DNA of 64,000 nt, taken from contig OZ076415.1 of NCBI GenBank assembly GCA_964187785.1, positions 68,944,001-69,008,000 on the forward strand. Reading direction: 5' to 3'. Each line of letters opens with the position of its first letter. The stretch's first letter is position 1. The notes beneath the pieces are model-generated. The model did no database searches and was not told where the DNA came from. It saw nothing but the letters and a program-made list of their open reading frames with translations. The position numbers and the translations under genes were made by a program. This document shows, piece after piece, positions 37,143-49,126 of the stretch. Origin of the DNA: Amphiscolops sp. MND2022. Taxonomy: Eukaryota.

Positions 37143-40100
37143 ATGGACGAATCACACAACACATCACCCACGAATGGTGAACGACCCCACCGGTCAATGG
37201 ACCAATCTTCAAGTATCCGGCAACCGCCCAATGAAACCTCAATGAGAACGGGCGAGCGGACTTGTACCCAAAAGCTATCGATACCAAGTCTGGAAAAATA
37301 CGATAGCACCAGTGCAAATCTGTGGTGGCGAAAATTCGTCCAATACGTGAAAATGACGAAAGAAATCGACATTTCAACGATGGTAAATTCCAAAGAGATC
37401 TTACCACAATATCGGGAACAATTGGAAAACGAGATAAAAGATATCTTCCTCTGGGCAATTGGACAAAATGCCCTTACCGAAATGACCAAGACGGTAAGAG
37501 AAAGAGAACCGAGCTCCCTCCCACTATATAAACTATACACACTATTCCGGTTACATTATACACCGGAACGGAACGTACAACACAGCCGATCAGACTTCTT
37601 CGATCTGAAGAGAGAAAACGGAGAAACGGCAGCAGATGTATGGAAAAGACTCCTGGAAATCGAAAAGAACTGTGAATTCGAAAATATCACGGCTGCAGAA
37701 TTACTAGCATCCAAATTCTTATCACTCATAGGGAAGTCAACCGGAGATTACGAATTGAAAAAGAAAATACGCAAAGGCGACATGTCAGTTGAGACAATAA
37801 CAGACGAAATACATGAGTACATGTATGAAAAACTGAACGACTCTCCAGAAACTGACGAAGAAAAGAAAATCAGACATGTAGAAAAGAGAAAGTTCAAATC
37901 CACAAAAGAACATACGGAAAAAAATACAAAATTTAGAAGAATGGACTGCAACAGATGCGGAGCTCCCAATTGGTCCAAACAACACGAATGCCCGGCGAAA
38001 GGAAAGAAATGTGCCAAATGCGGTAAACCCGGACACTTCGCCAAATGCTGCCGCTCATCGAAAAAAATCAACCATATAGCAGAAGAAGAAGAAGAAACTT
38101 ACAGTGCGGACGAAGATGACTGGACACCAGACAGAATACATATGATACAACCAAAAATCCATTCACTGGCAACAAATAACAAGAACGGACCGCCGTTCTA
38201 CATGAAGACGGTATTGGTTAACAACCGACCAATCAAATTCATAATTGACACAGGTTCACCAGTAACTCTTATTCCAAAATCCAAATTCAACAAGGTGACA
38301 ACACTCAAACCGATAACTGTAGATTATCGGGACGTTAACGACAACAAAATAAAATTTGAAGGAAAAACCACCGCAAATGTCGAATTGAATGGTACAAAAC
38401 ACCAACTGGAAATACTGGTAACAACTAAAAACACCCACCCGTTACTCGGACTAGACTGGATGGGAAAACTGGGAATTACACTAGAGGTAGAAACTCCCAA
38501 AACAGAAATCAACCACATAACCCAGATGGGAAATACAGAAGACCGAGACATAACAACACTAAAACGTAAGTTTCACAAACTATTTAACGAAAACCACACG
38601 GTAAATAACATAGAAGTAGATATCCAATTAAAAGAAGGAGCGAAAATAATTCAACAAAAGGGCCGACCAATCCCGATTCATTTACAACCGGCGGTAGAAA
38701 AAGAAATAGAAAAATTAAAAAACCAAGGGCACATTGAAAAAGCAAACGACATTGACGAAACATGCTTTGTAAGCCCGGCGGTAATAACGATCAATAAAGA
38801 TAAATCGGTAAAAATAGCCCTGGACTCCCGGAAACTAAACGAGATAACGGTAAAAAGGAAAGCACAAATGCCAAACATGGAGGAACTAATTTCAAGAATC
38901 TCCAGAAAAATAGCCGACGGACCGGAAGACGAAATCTGGATCTCGAAGTTCGATCTAGATTATGCATACGGTCAACTACGATTATCGAAACGAGCAATGG
39001 ACCTTTGCATATTCGCGGTGACCGGAGGTAATTTTACCGGTTACTATCGTTTTTTGAAAGGATTTTACGGGTTAGCGGACATACCGACCATTTTCCAAGA
39101 GAAAATCGATCAAACGTTGGAAAACAAACATCCAGCATGGCTAGATGACATTATAGTAGTAACCAAAGGTTCAAAACAGAAACACATGGAGGAACTAATC
39201 GATGTGTTAACGAGACTAGAAAACGCGGGTTACAGACTAAGCGAGAACAAATCTGAACTTTTCAAAACCGAAATAGAATGGATCGGCCACAAAATTGACC
39301 AAAACGGTATTAGACCGTTACAGGACAAACTAACCGCAATAAAAGAACTGAAAAGACCCGAAAATGAGAAGGAACTAAAATCGTTCCTAGGCGCAATTCA
39401 ATATTTATCAAAATACATCGAAAATCTGTCAGCACAAACCGACATCTTAAGACAGCTACTAAAAAAAGATAACACTTGGAATTGGACCGATGAACATACC
39501 ACAGCGTTTGAAAACTTAAAACAAAAAATCACGGAAATACCGTGTCTGGCTCACTACAATTCAAACCGTCCGAATATATTAACAACGGACGCCAGCACAA
39601 AAGGATTGGGCGCAACGCTGTGGCAAGAACAGCCAAACGGAGATTTAAAACCGATCGGATTTGCCAGTCGCTTCCTTTCCGATACAGAAAAGAAATACGC
39701 AATCAATGAATTGGAATTATTGGCAGTCGTATGGGGATTAGAACACTTCCGTCTTTATATATACGGTAAACCGATAAAGCTATTGACAGACCACCAAGCA
39801 TTAGAGCCATTAATTAAACGCAACCGATCCAATAAAACGTACAGCGCGCGGCTAACGAGGTGGCTCGACCGCTTAGCGCACTTCACAACCAACGTCAGCC
39901 ATATAGCCGGCAAACATTTAGCACTCACGGATTATCTCAGTCGTAACCCGTCGGCACCTCCACAAACCGATGACGTATACGACGAAGAATACGTAATCAA
40001 TAACGTCATCCCGCACTACAAATTCGTAACCAAATACGGTTGCCTTAGCAACCATTTTAACCAATCAAAACACGGAACGCAAAAAGAGACTACGCGCAAA

Positions 40101-42404
40101 GCAAACAACACACCAAAACATTCCAAAACGCGTGAACAAATCGCCATAAATTGCCTTAAAAGTTCACAAATCAGCAGCTCAATTCAAACCGCACCGAAAG
40201 ATAAAATTATCATGGACGCCAGAACCATCGATAATCTTGAACAAGCTGATAACTCGACAGAAACTAGATATCTCATTGCTAGATGGAGAGATATTGTAAA
40301 GCCCGGGGTTTATAGACAGTCAGGTGGCCGCTGGAAAAAGTACCACGAACCCAAATTCCTGAGAAACGAGAGACGAGTCATTGAAGAACAACTTCAACAA
40401 GCCATCAGAAACCTAGAAAGCCGAAATCAACAAGAACCAGACGGGGGATTTCAACCGGAAACCAGAAGACAGGAACAATGGACGGTTGACCCGTTCTGGG
40501 ACATTGACAGACCGCAAGCTACGGCCAACACAGAAGACAGACCCGGGCCCTCGCAGCAACAACCAGTACCGATGGAAGAAGGGGAAATTGACTCGGAATC
40601 CGATCAAGACCCGTCCATACTCGAAGTCCCCGCAGTTAATTGGGCAAAATACGCAGGCGTTAAAAGCGTCCAATATATAAAAATGGGACATGCCCCCAGA
40701 ACCACCGCGGAAGAGCCGAACAACTGGGACCTCGGAAACGCGGTACGTGAATCGGAGAAGAATTTCTCCACAGATCTCCAGTTGCTGATGACAGAGACAA
40801 CTAATGACCCGACTCTCCTAAAAACACTCGTGTGCCTTGAGAGACAGCAACAAGACAACATACCAGAAGAATACCAGCAATGCCGAAGAAAATTATCTAC
40901 CAGGTACGGACTCGTGTTCTATGAAGACCGCATAATTGTCCCGAAAAATCTCAGAACAACGGTGATCAGCCTCCTCCATAAAGGCCATCCCGCCATCAAC
41001 AAGATGTCAATGGCGGCACGACACTTCTGGTGGCCAAAAATCACCGAGGCCATACAAAAGAAATGCGACGGCTGCATCCCGTGCAAAATGTCCGGTAAGA
41101 ATATCAAACCTAACTTACATAATACGGAAAAAAACCAATTACCGGCTTTAAACAATCCGAACGAAGAAATACAACTGGATTTTATCGGACCGTTCACCGA
41201 AAGAAACCAAAGGTTCTTTATTTTACTCTCAATGGACCGGTTTAGCAAATGGCCGGCGGCAAGCCTTTGTAAATCGACCGACGGCGAAACCACGGTTAAA
41301 TTTATGGAACAATATATAAACCTGAACGGCATTCCGAAAACTATTAGAACGGATAAAGCCACGGCATTTACGGGCCACACTTTTAGAGAGTTTTGTAAAA
41401 ATCACCACATTAGACTCATATATGGGACACCATATATACACACCCCCACAGGGCTGGTCGAACGCGGCGTAAGGACTTTGAAAGAGACAATGCTGACGAA
41501 CATAAAAGCGGGCGAAAAATTTAACAAAGCATTAGACATAGCCTTAAACGTGATGAGAAAAACACCCCACACGAGATTGGGGAAATCTGCTTTTGAATTA
41601 CACTACGGACGAGAACCGAATACGGAAATCAGTAACCTTTTAAACTTAGATAAACTGAAAACTATAACAAACAATTGTTTTTCAGCAAAACCAGATACCC
41701 TACAGGTATATTCCTTCAACGGAGCTGGCGGTGCCTCTGACCAGCTACCGATGAAACAAAAGAAAGGACAAAAAGGAGTGAGTACCTACCCATTTCAATT
41801 TCTCGAGAAAAGAATAAATAAACCGAAATTTGAGAGCGCTTACTCAAATAAACTACAAACTGCCATATCGGGAACTAAACACACGGTCACAACCGCGGAA
41901 AATAGAATCCTACATAGAAAACACATTAGTAAACCAATCTTTGAATTTGAACAGGAACAGAACAACAGAGGCATGGGACTGAGAGGACCGGACGGCCGGT
42001 TCATAAAATCCCCCAGACTGACACGAGAAGCCAAATCAGACAGCGACTCGGAGAAGAGCAATCCAACAACACCACAAATGGATACTACTCAAATAACAGA
42101 GGGCACACAATCCCGAAGCAACCCAACTACGCCAACCACAAAAACAAGCGGATCATTTGGAAGAGGACGCCCAAAACTGGTCCGCAACAGACAAAGCCCT
42201 GGTTCACTTACCGGCTCAACGGACAGCCTCGGCCCTCTAACCATCATTACGGAAAACATGACGGATACGGACATTGACCGTATCATTGAAGATGCCAAAC
42301 AAAATGACACAGAACTTTTTATCAAAGACTTAAACGGTAAGGTAACTCTTAATAACAACAATACCGTTTACGGAGGGAAAGAGAATAAGGAAAAAACAAC
42401 CTAG
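37143..42404 (+). CDS. Intact single-ORF Gag-PR-RT-RNaseH-INT polyprotein (1753 aa) of element C
   Basis: CCHC knuckle (CAKCGKPGHFAKCC), DTGS protease, RT 'WLDDII', RNase H 'TDAS...TDH', integrase HHCC (HKGH...CDGCIPC) and DDE core (LDF...TDK...VER). Confidence 0.95.
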   Translation: MDESHNTSPTNGERPHRSMDQSSSIRQPPNETSMRTGERTCTQKLSIPSLEKYDSTSANLWWRKFVQYVKMTKEIDISTMVNSKEILPQYREQLENEIKDIFLWAIGQNALTEMTKTVREREPSSLPLYKLYTLFRLHYTPERNVQHSRSDFFDLKRENGETAADVWKRLLEIEKNCEFENITAAELLASKFLSLIGKSTGDYELKKKIRKGDMSVETITDEIHEYMYEKLNDSPETDEEKKIRHVEKRKFKSTKEHTEKNTKFRRMDCNRCGAPNWSKQHECPAKGKKCAKCGKPGHFAKCCRSSKKINHIAEEEEETYSADEDDWTPDRIHMIQPKIHSLATNNKNGPPFYMKTVLVNNRPIKFIIDTGSPVTLIPKSKFNKVTTLKPITVDYRDVNDNKIKFEGKTTANVELNGTKHQLEILVTTKNTHPLLGLDWMGKLGITLEVETPKTEINHITQMGNTEDRDITTLKRKFHKLFNENHTVNNIEVDIQLKEGAKIIQQKGRPIPIHLQPAVEKEIEKLKNQGHIEKANDIDETCFVSPAVITINKDKSVKIALDSRKLNEITVKRKAQMPNMEELISRISRKIADGPEDEIWISKFDLDYAYGQLRLSKRAMDLCIFAVTGGNFTGYYRFLKGFYGLADIPTIFQEKIDQTLENKHPAWLDDIIVVTKGSKQKHMEELIDVLTRLENAGYRLSENKSELFKTEIEWIGHKIDQNGIRPLQDKLTAIKELKRPENEKELKSFLGAIQYLSKYIENLSAQTDILRQLLKKDNTWNWTDEHTTAFENLKQKITEIPCLAHYNSNRPNILTTDASTKGLGATLWQEQPNGDLKPIGFASRFLSDTEKKYAINELELLAVVWGLEHFRLYIYGKPIKLLTDHQALEPLIKRNRSNKTYSARLTRWLDRLAHFTTNVSHIAGKHLALTDYLSRNPSAPPQTDDVYDEEYVINNVIPHYKFVTKYGCLSNHFNQSKHGTQKETTRKANNTPKHSKTREQIAINCLKSSQISSSIQTAPKDKIIMDARTIDNLEQADNSTETRYLIARWRDIVKPGVYRQSGGRWKKYHEPKFLRNERRVIEEQLQQAIRNLESRNQQEPDGGFQPETRRQEQWTVDPFWDIDRPQATANTEDRPGPSQQQPVPMEEGEIDSESDQDPSILEVPAVNWAKYAGVKSVQYIKMGHAPRTTAEEPNNWDLGNAVRESEKNFSTDLQLLMTETTNDPTLLKTLVCLERQQQDNIPEEYQQCRRKLSTRYGLVFYEDRIIVPKNLRTTVISLLHKGHPAINKMSMAARHFWWPKITEAIQKKCDGCIPCKMSGKNIKPNLHNTEKNQLPALNNPNEEIQLDFIGPFTERNQRFFILLSMDRFSKWPAASLCKSTDGETTVKFMEQYINLNGIPKTIRTDKATAFTGHTFREFCKNHHIRLIYGTPYIHTPTGLVERGVRTLKETMLTNIKAGEKFNKALDIALNVMRKTPHTRLGKSAFELHYGREPNTEISNLLNLDKLKTITNNCFSAKPDTLQVYSFNGAGGASDQLPMKQKKGQKGVSTYPFQFLEKRINKPKFESAYSNKLQTAISGTKHTVTTAENRILHRKHISKPIFEFEQEQNNRGMGLRGPDGRFIKSPRLTREAKSDSDSEKSNPTTPQMDTTQITEGTQSRSNPTTPTTKTSGSFGRGRPKLVRNRQSPGSLTGSTDSLGPLTIITENMTDTDIDRIIEDAKQNDTELFIKDLNGKVTLNNNNTVYGGKENKEKTT

Positions 42405-43069
42405 AAACAGAAACCTCCGACCTAGAATTAATCAGTAACCTAAGTTCTAGCACCGAAATAGAACAAGAAACAAAAGAACACAACTTACGGAGATCGAAAA
42501 GATTAACAAAAACAAACCCCATTATTAGATTTAATAATCCCATAACATCTGATTACAGGAAACACCGTAAGCAGACTAAACGCCCAGAAGACACCAGAAA
42601 CCGAGGAAGACACTCGGGAAAAGACCAGCAGCGTCGAATACTAAACGACACAATGGAAGAGCCAGTCCAGGCAGAACAATTCAACCGGACAACTGACGAA
42701 TCGCGGGCCACCGCGAATACACCAAAATTGCTTTGGACGGAAAACCGCCATAAAGAACAAACCTCCCCCATTGGTCAACTATTATCCAATCGCGGAGGGG
42801 GGAGTGAAGCAGCAGCTAAAGAACTAGAGTTAGAGGACAAATCATAGACAGACATTACTATTGTTCAATACCATTATACTTAATTGTCTAGATGTCCTTA
42901 GTACCTGCTACTATTGTCTATACCTAAAAAGCTGATCTTTATTCAGTACGAAAAGATTGATGTTCGAATACAGTTTTATGTTGTTAACTTTTGTCAAGCA
43001 AAGAGATTACAACATGGCGCAGTCAGGCTAACTTACGCTTAGCCAAGAACTACTACACACGATACGGAA

Positions 43070-44200
43070 ATGGACGAATCACACAACACATCACCCACGA
43101 ATGGTGAACGACCCCACCGGTCAATGGACCAATCTTCAAGTATCCGGCAACCGCCCAATGAAACCTCAATGAGAACGGGCGAGCGGACTTGTACCCAAAA
43201 GCTATCGATACCAAGTCTGGAAAAATACGATAGCACCAGTGCAAATCTGTGGTGGCGAAAATTCGTCCAATACGTGAAAATGACGAAAGAAATCGACATT
43301 TCAACGATGGTAAATTCCAAAGAGATCTTACCACAATATCGGGAACAATTGGAAAACGAGATAAAAGATATCTTCCTCTGGGCAATTGGACAAAATGCCC
43401 TTACCGAAATGACCAAGACGGTAAGAGAAAGAGAACCGAGCTCCCTCCCACTATATAAACTATACACACTATTCCGGTTACATTATACACCGGAACGGAA
43501 CGTACAACACAGCCGATCAGACTTCTTCGATCTGAAGAGAGAAAACGGAGAAACGGCAGCAGATGTATGGAAAAGACTCCTGGAAATCGAAAAGAACTGT
43601 GAATTCGAAAATATCACGGCTGCAGAATTACTAGCATCCAAATTCTTATCACTCATAGGGAAGTCAACCGGAGATTACGAATTGAAAAAGAAAATACGCA
43701 AAGGCGACATGTCAGTTGAGACAATAACAGACGAAATACATGAGTACATGTATGAAAAACTGAACGACTCTCCAGAAACTGACGAAGAAAAGAAAATCAG
43801 ACATGTAGAAAAGAGAAAGTTCAAATCCACAAAAGAACATACGGAAAAAAATACAAAATTTAGAAGAATGGACTGCAACAGATGCGGAGCTCCCAATTGG
43901 TCCAAACAACACGAATGCCCGGCGAAAGGAAAGAAATGTGCCAAATGCGGTAAACCCGGACACTTCGCCAAATGCTGCCGCTCATCGAAAAAAATCAACC
44001 ATTTAGCAGAAGAAGAAGAAGAAACTTACAGTGCGGACGAAGATGACTGGACACCAGACAGAATACATATGATACAACCAAAAATCCATTCACTGGCAAC
44101 AAATAACAAGAACGGACCGCCGTTCTACATGAAGACGGTATTGGTTAACAACCGACCAATCAAATTCATAATTGACACAGGTTCACCAGTAACTCTTATT
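43070..44200 (+). pseudogene. Second copy of element C gag-protease, truncated after DTGSPVTLI
   Basis: Near-identical to 37143-38273 (one Ile/Leu change seen); homology stops at 44200. Confidence 0.92.
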
Positions 44201-44500
44201 ACAACAACTATAGAGACAATCTTCCGGGTATTTATAGCCATATCACTTTTTTCATTCGGCTTAGAAGTTTTTTCTAGCATAAAAATTGCTTTCGTGTTGG
44301 GGGGGGGTCGGGGATAAGAAGCATGGTCCTTGATTGCCATCGGTGGACCAGGCCTTGTCTGGAATAAAACTTCCATGGAGTCTCAGTACGGGAACAGTCA
44401 TTTCTTTTACAGTGACTTATTTAGTCTCCAGAATATTGTTATTAGATTGCAATGTCATCGAGATTTGTTGCTTTGTTGAGCTGAACTTAGTTACAGAGGG

Positions 44501-47452
44501 ACCGTAGCATATTGGATCAGTCCTTTACGGTACATTATCGTATTTTACAGTAATGAACTTTTGTTTAAAAAGTAAATAAGTGTATGAAAGCAAAGGTCCT
44601 GTCATTGTTTTGGTCTGTATTGAATTCCTCAAAAAGTTTTGTAATCTCCAAGTTTCGTAATGTTTCAAAATTTCTTTGACTTTGATGTTTTTTCCTTAAT
44701 CCTTTTCCTTTACCTTTTCCTTAATCTTTGATTACATACATTATCTTTGATGAAGTTTTGATAGGAAAACATGAAGTATGTGATTAAGGAAAATCGAGTC
44801 AACGATGTAAATCTGTAAATCAATCCAATCGATTATGAATTGTTTTGCTATAATGACATTTTTCATCGTAAAGGAATTACGGCTACGACTAAGCGGCTAA
44901 TGACGTCATGAGACAGTTCTTTTCTTTTGAAACGTGAACTTGTTTTTTCAAGAAAGTTGCTCAAACCTGTTGAGGTCGGTTCTTTCGCGAGTCCAAACTG
45001 CATAAACTTTTTACAGGCTGCATAAGGGCTGCATGCAGGGAAACTATTAAAAAAACAGAATATCATTGTGCGTGCATAGAAAAATCTTGCTAAACTTCTA
45101 TGTAGCTTGGAAAAATCCGGCAGCATTATCATTATTATAATAAAGATAATTATTAATAATTATTAGCAAGCTGCCGTTTAGTACAATATTTGTAACCTAG
45201 AACGATTTGAGTGCTATCTTGAAATGTATTAACTATAGTTAATACATTCTATAGTTAATACATTCTACGATTAATTGAATTATAATTCAATTAATCGTAG
45301 AATTAACTAAATAAAAATATTATAATATTTTTAATTAATTAATTCTACGATTAATTGAATATATCGTAGAATTTTTCACTCTGGAAGATAGCTGAAAGCC
45401 AACTTTCAATATTACTTCCAGAAGTTACTGGAAATGTTTACAGTACGATACAAGATGTACAGTTAATTTAAGCTCTGTTTTAAACCGTAGCATATTGGAT
45501 CAGTCCTTTACGGTACATTATCGTATTTTACAGTAATGAACTTTTGTTTAAAAAGTAAATAAGTGTATGAAAGCAAAGGTCCTGTCATTTTTTTGGTCTG
45601 TATTGAATTCCTCAAAAAGTTTTGTAATCTCCAAGTTTCGTAATGTTTCAAAATTTCTTTGACTTTGATGTTTTTTCCTTAATCCTTTTCCTTTACCTTT
45701 TCCTTAATTTTTGATTACATACATTATCTTTGATGAAGTTTTGATAGGAAAACATGAAGTATGTGATTAAGGAAAATCGAGTCAACGATGTAAATCTGTA
45801 AATCAATCCAATCGATTATGAATTGTTTTGCTATAATGACATTTTTCATCGTAAAGGAATTACGGCTACGACTAAGCGGCTAATGACGTCATGAGACAGT
45901 TCTTTTCTTTTGAAACGTGAACTTGTTTTTTCAAGAAAGTTGCTCAAACCTGTTGAGGTCGGTTCTTTCGCGAGTCCAAACTGCATAAACTTTTTACAGG
46001 CTGCATAAGGGCTGCATGCAGGGAAACTATTAAAAAAACAGAATATCATTGTGCGTGCATAGAAAAATCTTGCTAAACTTCTATGTAGCTTGGAAAAATC
46101 CGGCAGCATTATCATTATTATAATAAAGATAATTATTAATAATTATTAGCAAGCTGCCGTTTAGTACAATATTTGTAACCTAGAACGATTTGAGTGCTAT
46201 CTTGAAATGTAATAACTATAGTTAATACATTCTATAGTTAATACATTCTACGATTAATTGAATTATAATTCAATTAATCGTAGAATTAACTAAATAAAAA
46301 TATTATAATATTTTTAATTAATTAATTCTACGATTAATTGAATATATCGTAGAATTTTTCACTCTGGAAGATAGCTGAAAGCCAACTTCCAATATTACTT
46401 CCAGAAGTTACTGGAAATGTTTACAGTACGATACAAGATGTACAGTTAATTTAAGCTCTGTTTTAAACCGTAGCATATTGGATCAGTCCTTTACGGTACA
46501 TTATCGTATTTTACAGTAATGAACTTTTGTTTAAAAAGTAAATAAGTGTATGAAAGCAAAGGTCCTGTCATTTTTTTGGTCTGTATTGAATTCCTCAAAA
46601 AGTTTTGTAGTCTCCAAGTTTCGTAATGTTTCAAAATTTCTTTGACTTTGATGTTTTTTCCTTAATCCTTTTCCTTTACCTTTTCCTTAATTTTTGATTA
46701 CATACATTATCTTTGATGAAGTTTTGATAGGAAAACATGAAGTATGTGATTAAGGAAAATCGAGTCAACGATGTAAATCTGTAAATCAATCCAATCGATT
46801 ATGAATTGTTTTGCTATAATGACATTTTTCACCGTAAAGGAATTACGGCTATGACTAAGCGGCTATTGACGTCATGAGACAGTTCTTTTCTTTTGAAACG
46901 TGAACTTGTTTTTTCAAGAAAGTTGCTCAAACCTGTTGAGGTCGGTTCTTTCGCGAGTCCAAACTGCATAAACTTTTTACAGGCTGCATAAGGGCTGCAT
47001 GGAGGGAAACTATTAAAAAAAAACAGAATATCATTGTGCGTGCATAGAAAAATCTTGCTAAACTTCTATGTAGCTTGGAAAAATCCGGCAGCATTATCAT
47101 TTTTATAATAAAGATAATTATTAATAATTATTAGCAAGCTGCCGTTTAGTACAATATTTGTAACCTAGAACGATTTGAGTGCTATCTTGAAATGTATTAA
47201 TTATAGTTAATACATTCTATAGTTAATACATTCTACGATTAATCGAATTATAATTCAATTAATCGTAGAATTAACTAATTAAAAATATTATAATACTTTT
47301 AATTAATTAATTCTACGATTAATTGAATATATCGTAGAATTTTTCACTCTGGAAGATAGCTGAAAGCCAACTTCCAATATTACTTCCAGAAGTTACTGAA
47401 AATGTTTACAGTACGATACAAGATGTACAGTTAATTTAAGCTCTGTTTTAAA
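44501..47452. repeat. Three tandem copies of a 983-bp unit
   Basis: ACCGTAGCATATTGG at 44501, 45484 and 46467; copies differ by scattered substitutions. Confidence 0.95.
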
Positions 47453-48143
47453 AAAGCCATGTTGTTTATAGAGAATGAATCAACAATTACAAAAGTATGT
47501 GCGCTGTTATGTGTTATATGGGCGGCTGAGAAGCAATCAATATTTTTTTCCTTTGTGCGTCCAGGTAACAAAAATATTTCACCTGGTGAGATTAGTCATG
47601 ATCATCTTCATTATTAACCGTTTTTTAAGTCATATTGAACACATTCAACTGTTGTAAAATTTTTAAATGCACTTTAAATAAGCACTGTCTCTTTCAAACA
47701 TTTGAGCCACATATTAAATATAGCACGTATATTTATTTACATTTTGTGTGCACTATACGTATATGTACTCATCTGTTTATCATCAAATTACAGCACCAGA
47801 GAAAAACTTTTAACGCGATAAAAAAGAAAACTTGTTGAGACGTCTGAACAAATCTCTCGATCAATTTAAAACATTGTCAAAATTCAACACAAAATCTCTT
47901 AAACGCGTTTGTTCAACATTTCACGTTTAATTTTCGTCACGTTTTTTTTTCAATCAGCTTTCTGACACGTGCTTTGTAATTAATCAGTGCACAAATTTCT
48001 CTAGTTTTTAACTTTGATATTCGTTACTTTCACGGCTGAACTTTCAAAAGTTTTATAGCAATTACTATTGAAATTACAACAAAATTTCTTATAATATTGG
48101 TCACTGAAATTAGTAGCCCCAGATTATCCGCCCCCTAATTGGA

Positions 48144-49126
48144 ATGGGAAAAGAAAACAGTAACAGTGCGGCTAAAGAGGTCCATTTAACGGAGGAGTGG
48201 ATTAGGGAAAGATTAAATTTGGAGCGAGATAAATTGGACAATGTCAAAGCTCTGTTACTTCCCGGAACTTACCACGAAAAAATTGTTTCCATCGGAAAGT
48301 CCCTGGAACGTTTTACTCGGCTGAAAGAATTAGATTTGTCGCGCAATTCCATTATTCACCTGTATGGATTAGAAAATTTACAGATTCTGGAAAATTTGAA
48401 TTTATATTACAATCAAGTTGAAAATCTCGAAGATTTGAAACTTTTGCGCAATAATAAGTGCTTGAAAAAATTAGATTTGAGATTGAATCCTGTGTCGAAA
48501 CACGTGGCTGATTATCGCCAGTTGCTGATTGAATATCTCCCCAACTTAGAATGCCTAGATGATCGACCAATCAAAGACGCGGAACGATTAGAGTCGAGTC
48601 AAAGAATCTCTAATCTGATTGGTCAGCCGACTATGCAACCAGCCAATCAGAATGGACCGCATTACATGCCCGTGATTAAAAGCCACCCTGAAGTTTGTGT
48701 GTATGAAAATCAAGAGCTGAGAAGTGTTGTATCGAAAGAAATTGATCATAGTGGCTGTAATCAATACAGACAAGCATCCAAAGATTTCAATCAGTATATG
48801 AAAGAAGACGACAAAAAGTTTTCACCCAGAACGCTTAAAAATTCAATGGCTACTTTTACCCCGAACCCAAATTCAATGGATACTTGCAACCCTTTTTTGC
48901 TGAACAAACCTCCCAATGGATTAGCTTCGGGCTACAAAGACATTAATTGTCATGTTGATGTAGCGCGAAATAGCAGAAGTATGTCGAAACCGTTCAAAGA
49001 TTCAGAAGACCAGTTTTGTTTGCAAATAGTCAACTTAGTCGAGCAGTTTTGGGACGGCGCGAACAGCTTACAAGAGAGTCCGAAGTTTTTGTCCATGATC
49101 AAATCCACGTTCAGAGATTATACTAG
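48144..49126 (+). CDS. CEP72: CEP72-like centrosomal LRR protein, exon 1
   Basis: N-terminal LRR region with 'LLPGTYHEKI..G.SL', 'LDLSRNSI', 'LNLYYN', 'LDLRLNPV', 'LDDRP' as recalled for CEP72/LRRC36; AG|GTAGAC donor just before the ORF stop, phase 2. Confidence 0.85.

Larger units (their letters stand above)
36878..44206 (+). mobile_element. Ty3/gypsy LTR retrotransposon C plus a truncated tandem second unit
   Basis: Identical 210-bp LTRs 36878-37087 and 42805-43014, each followed by PBS TGGCGCAG; PPT before the second LTR; LTR-end remnant ATTACAACA at 44198-44206; TSD ACTAT at 36873-36877 and 44207-44211. Confidence 0.95.

Noticed and set aside
25482-43998. Many minus-strand ORFs over the gypsy elements (e.g. 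218 aa at 25482-26138, 142 aa at 37112-37540)
   Set aside because: Antisense shadows of A-rich gag-pol; not conserved in frame between elements A and C.
44201-44317. C-terminal extension of the 415-aa ORF as a new chimeric protein
   Set aside because: Read-through from truncated protease across the LTR remnant and TSD into flanking DNA.
44863-46115. Duplicated 89-aa ORF in the 983-bp repeat
   Set aside because: No recognisable motif; identity reflects the duplication, and the third copy has a different A-run length that shifts the frame.
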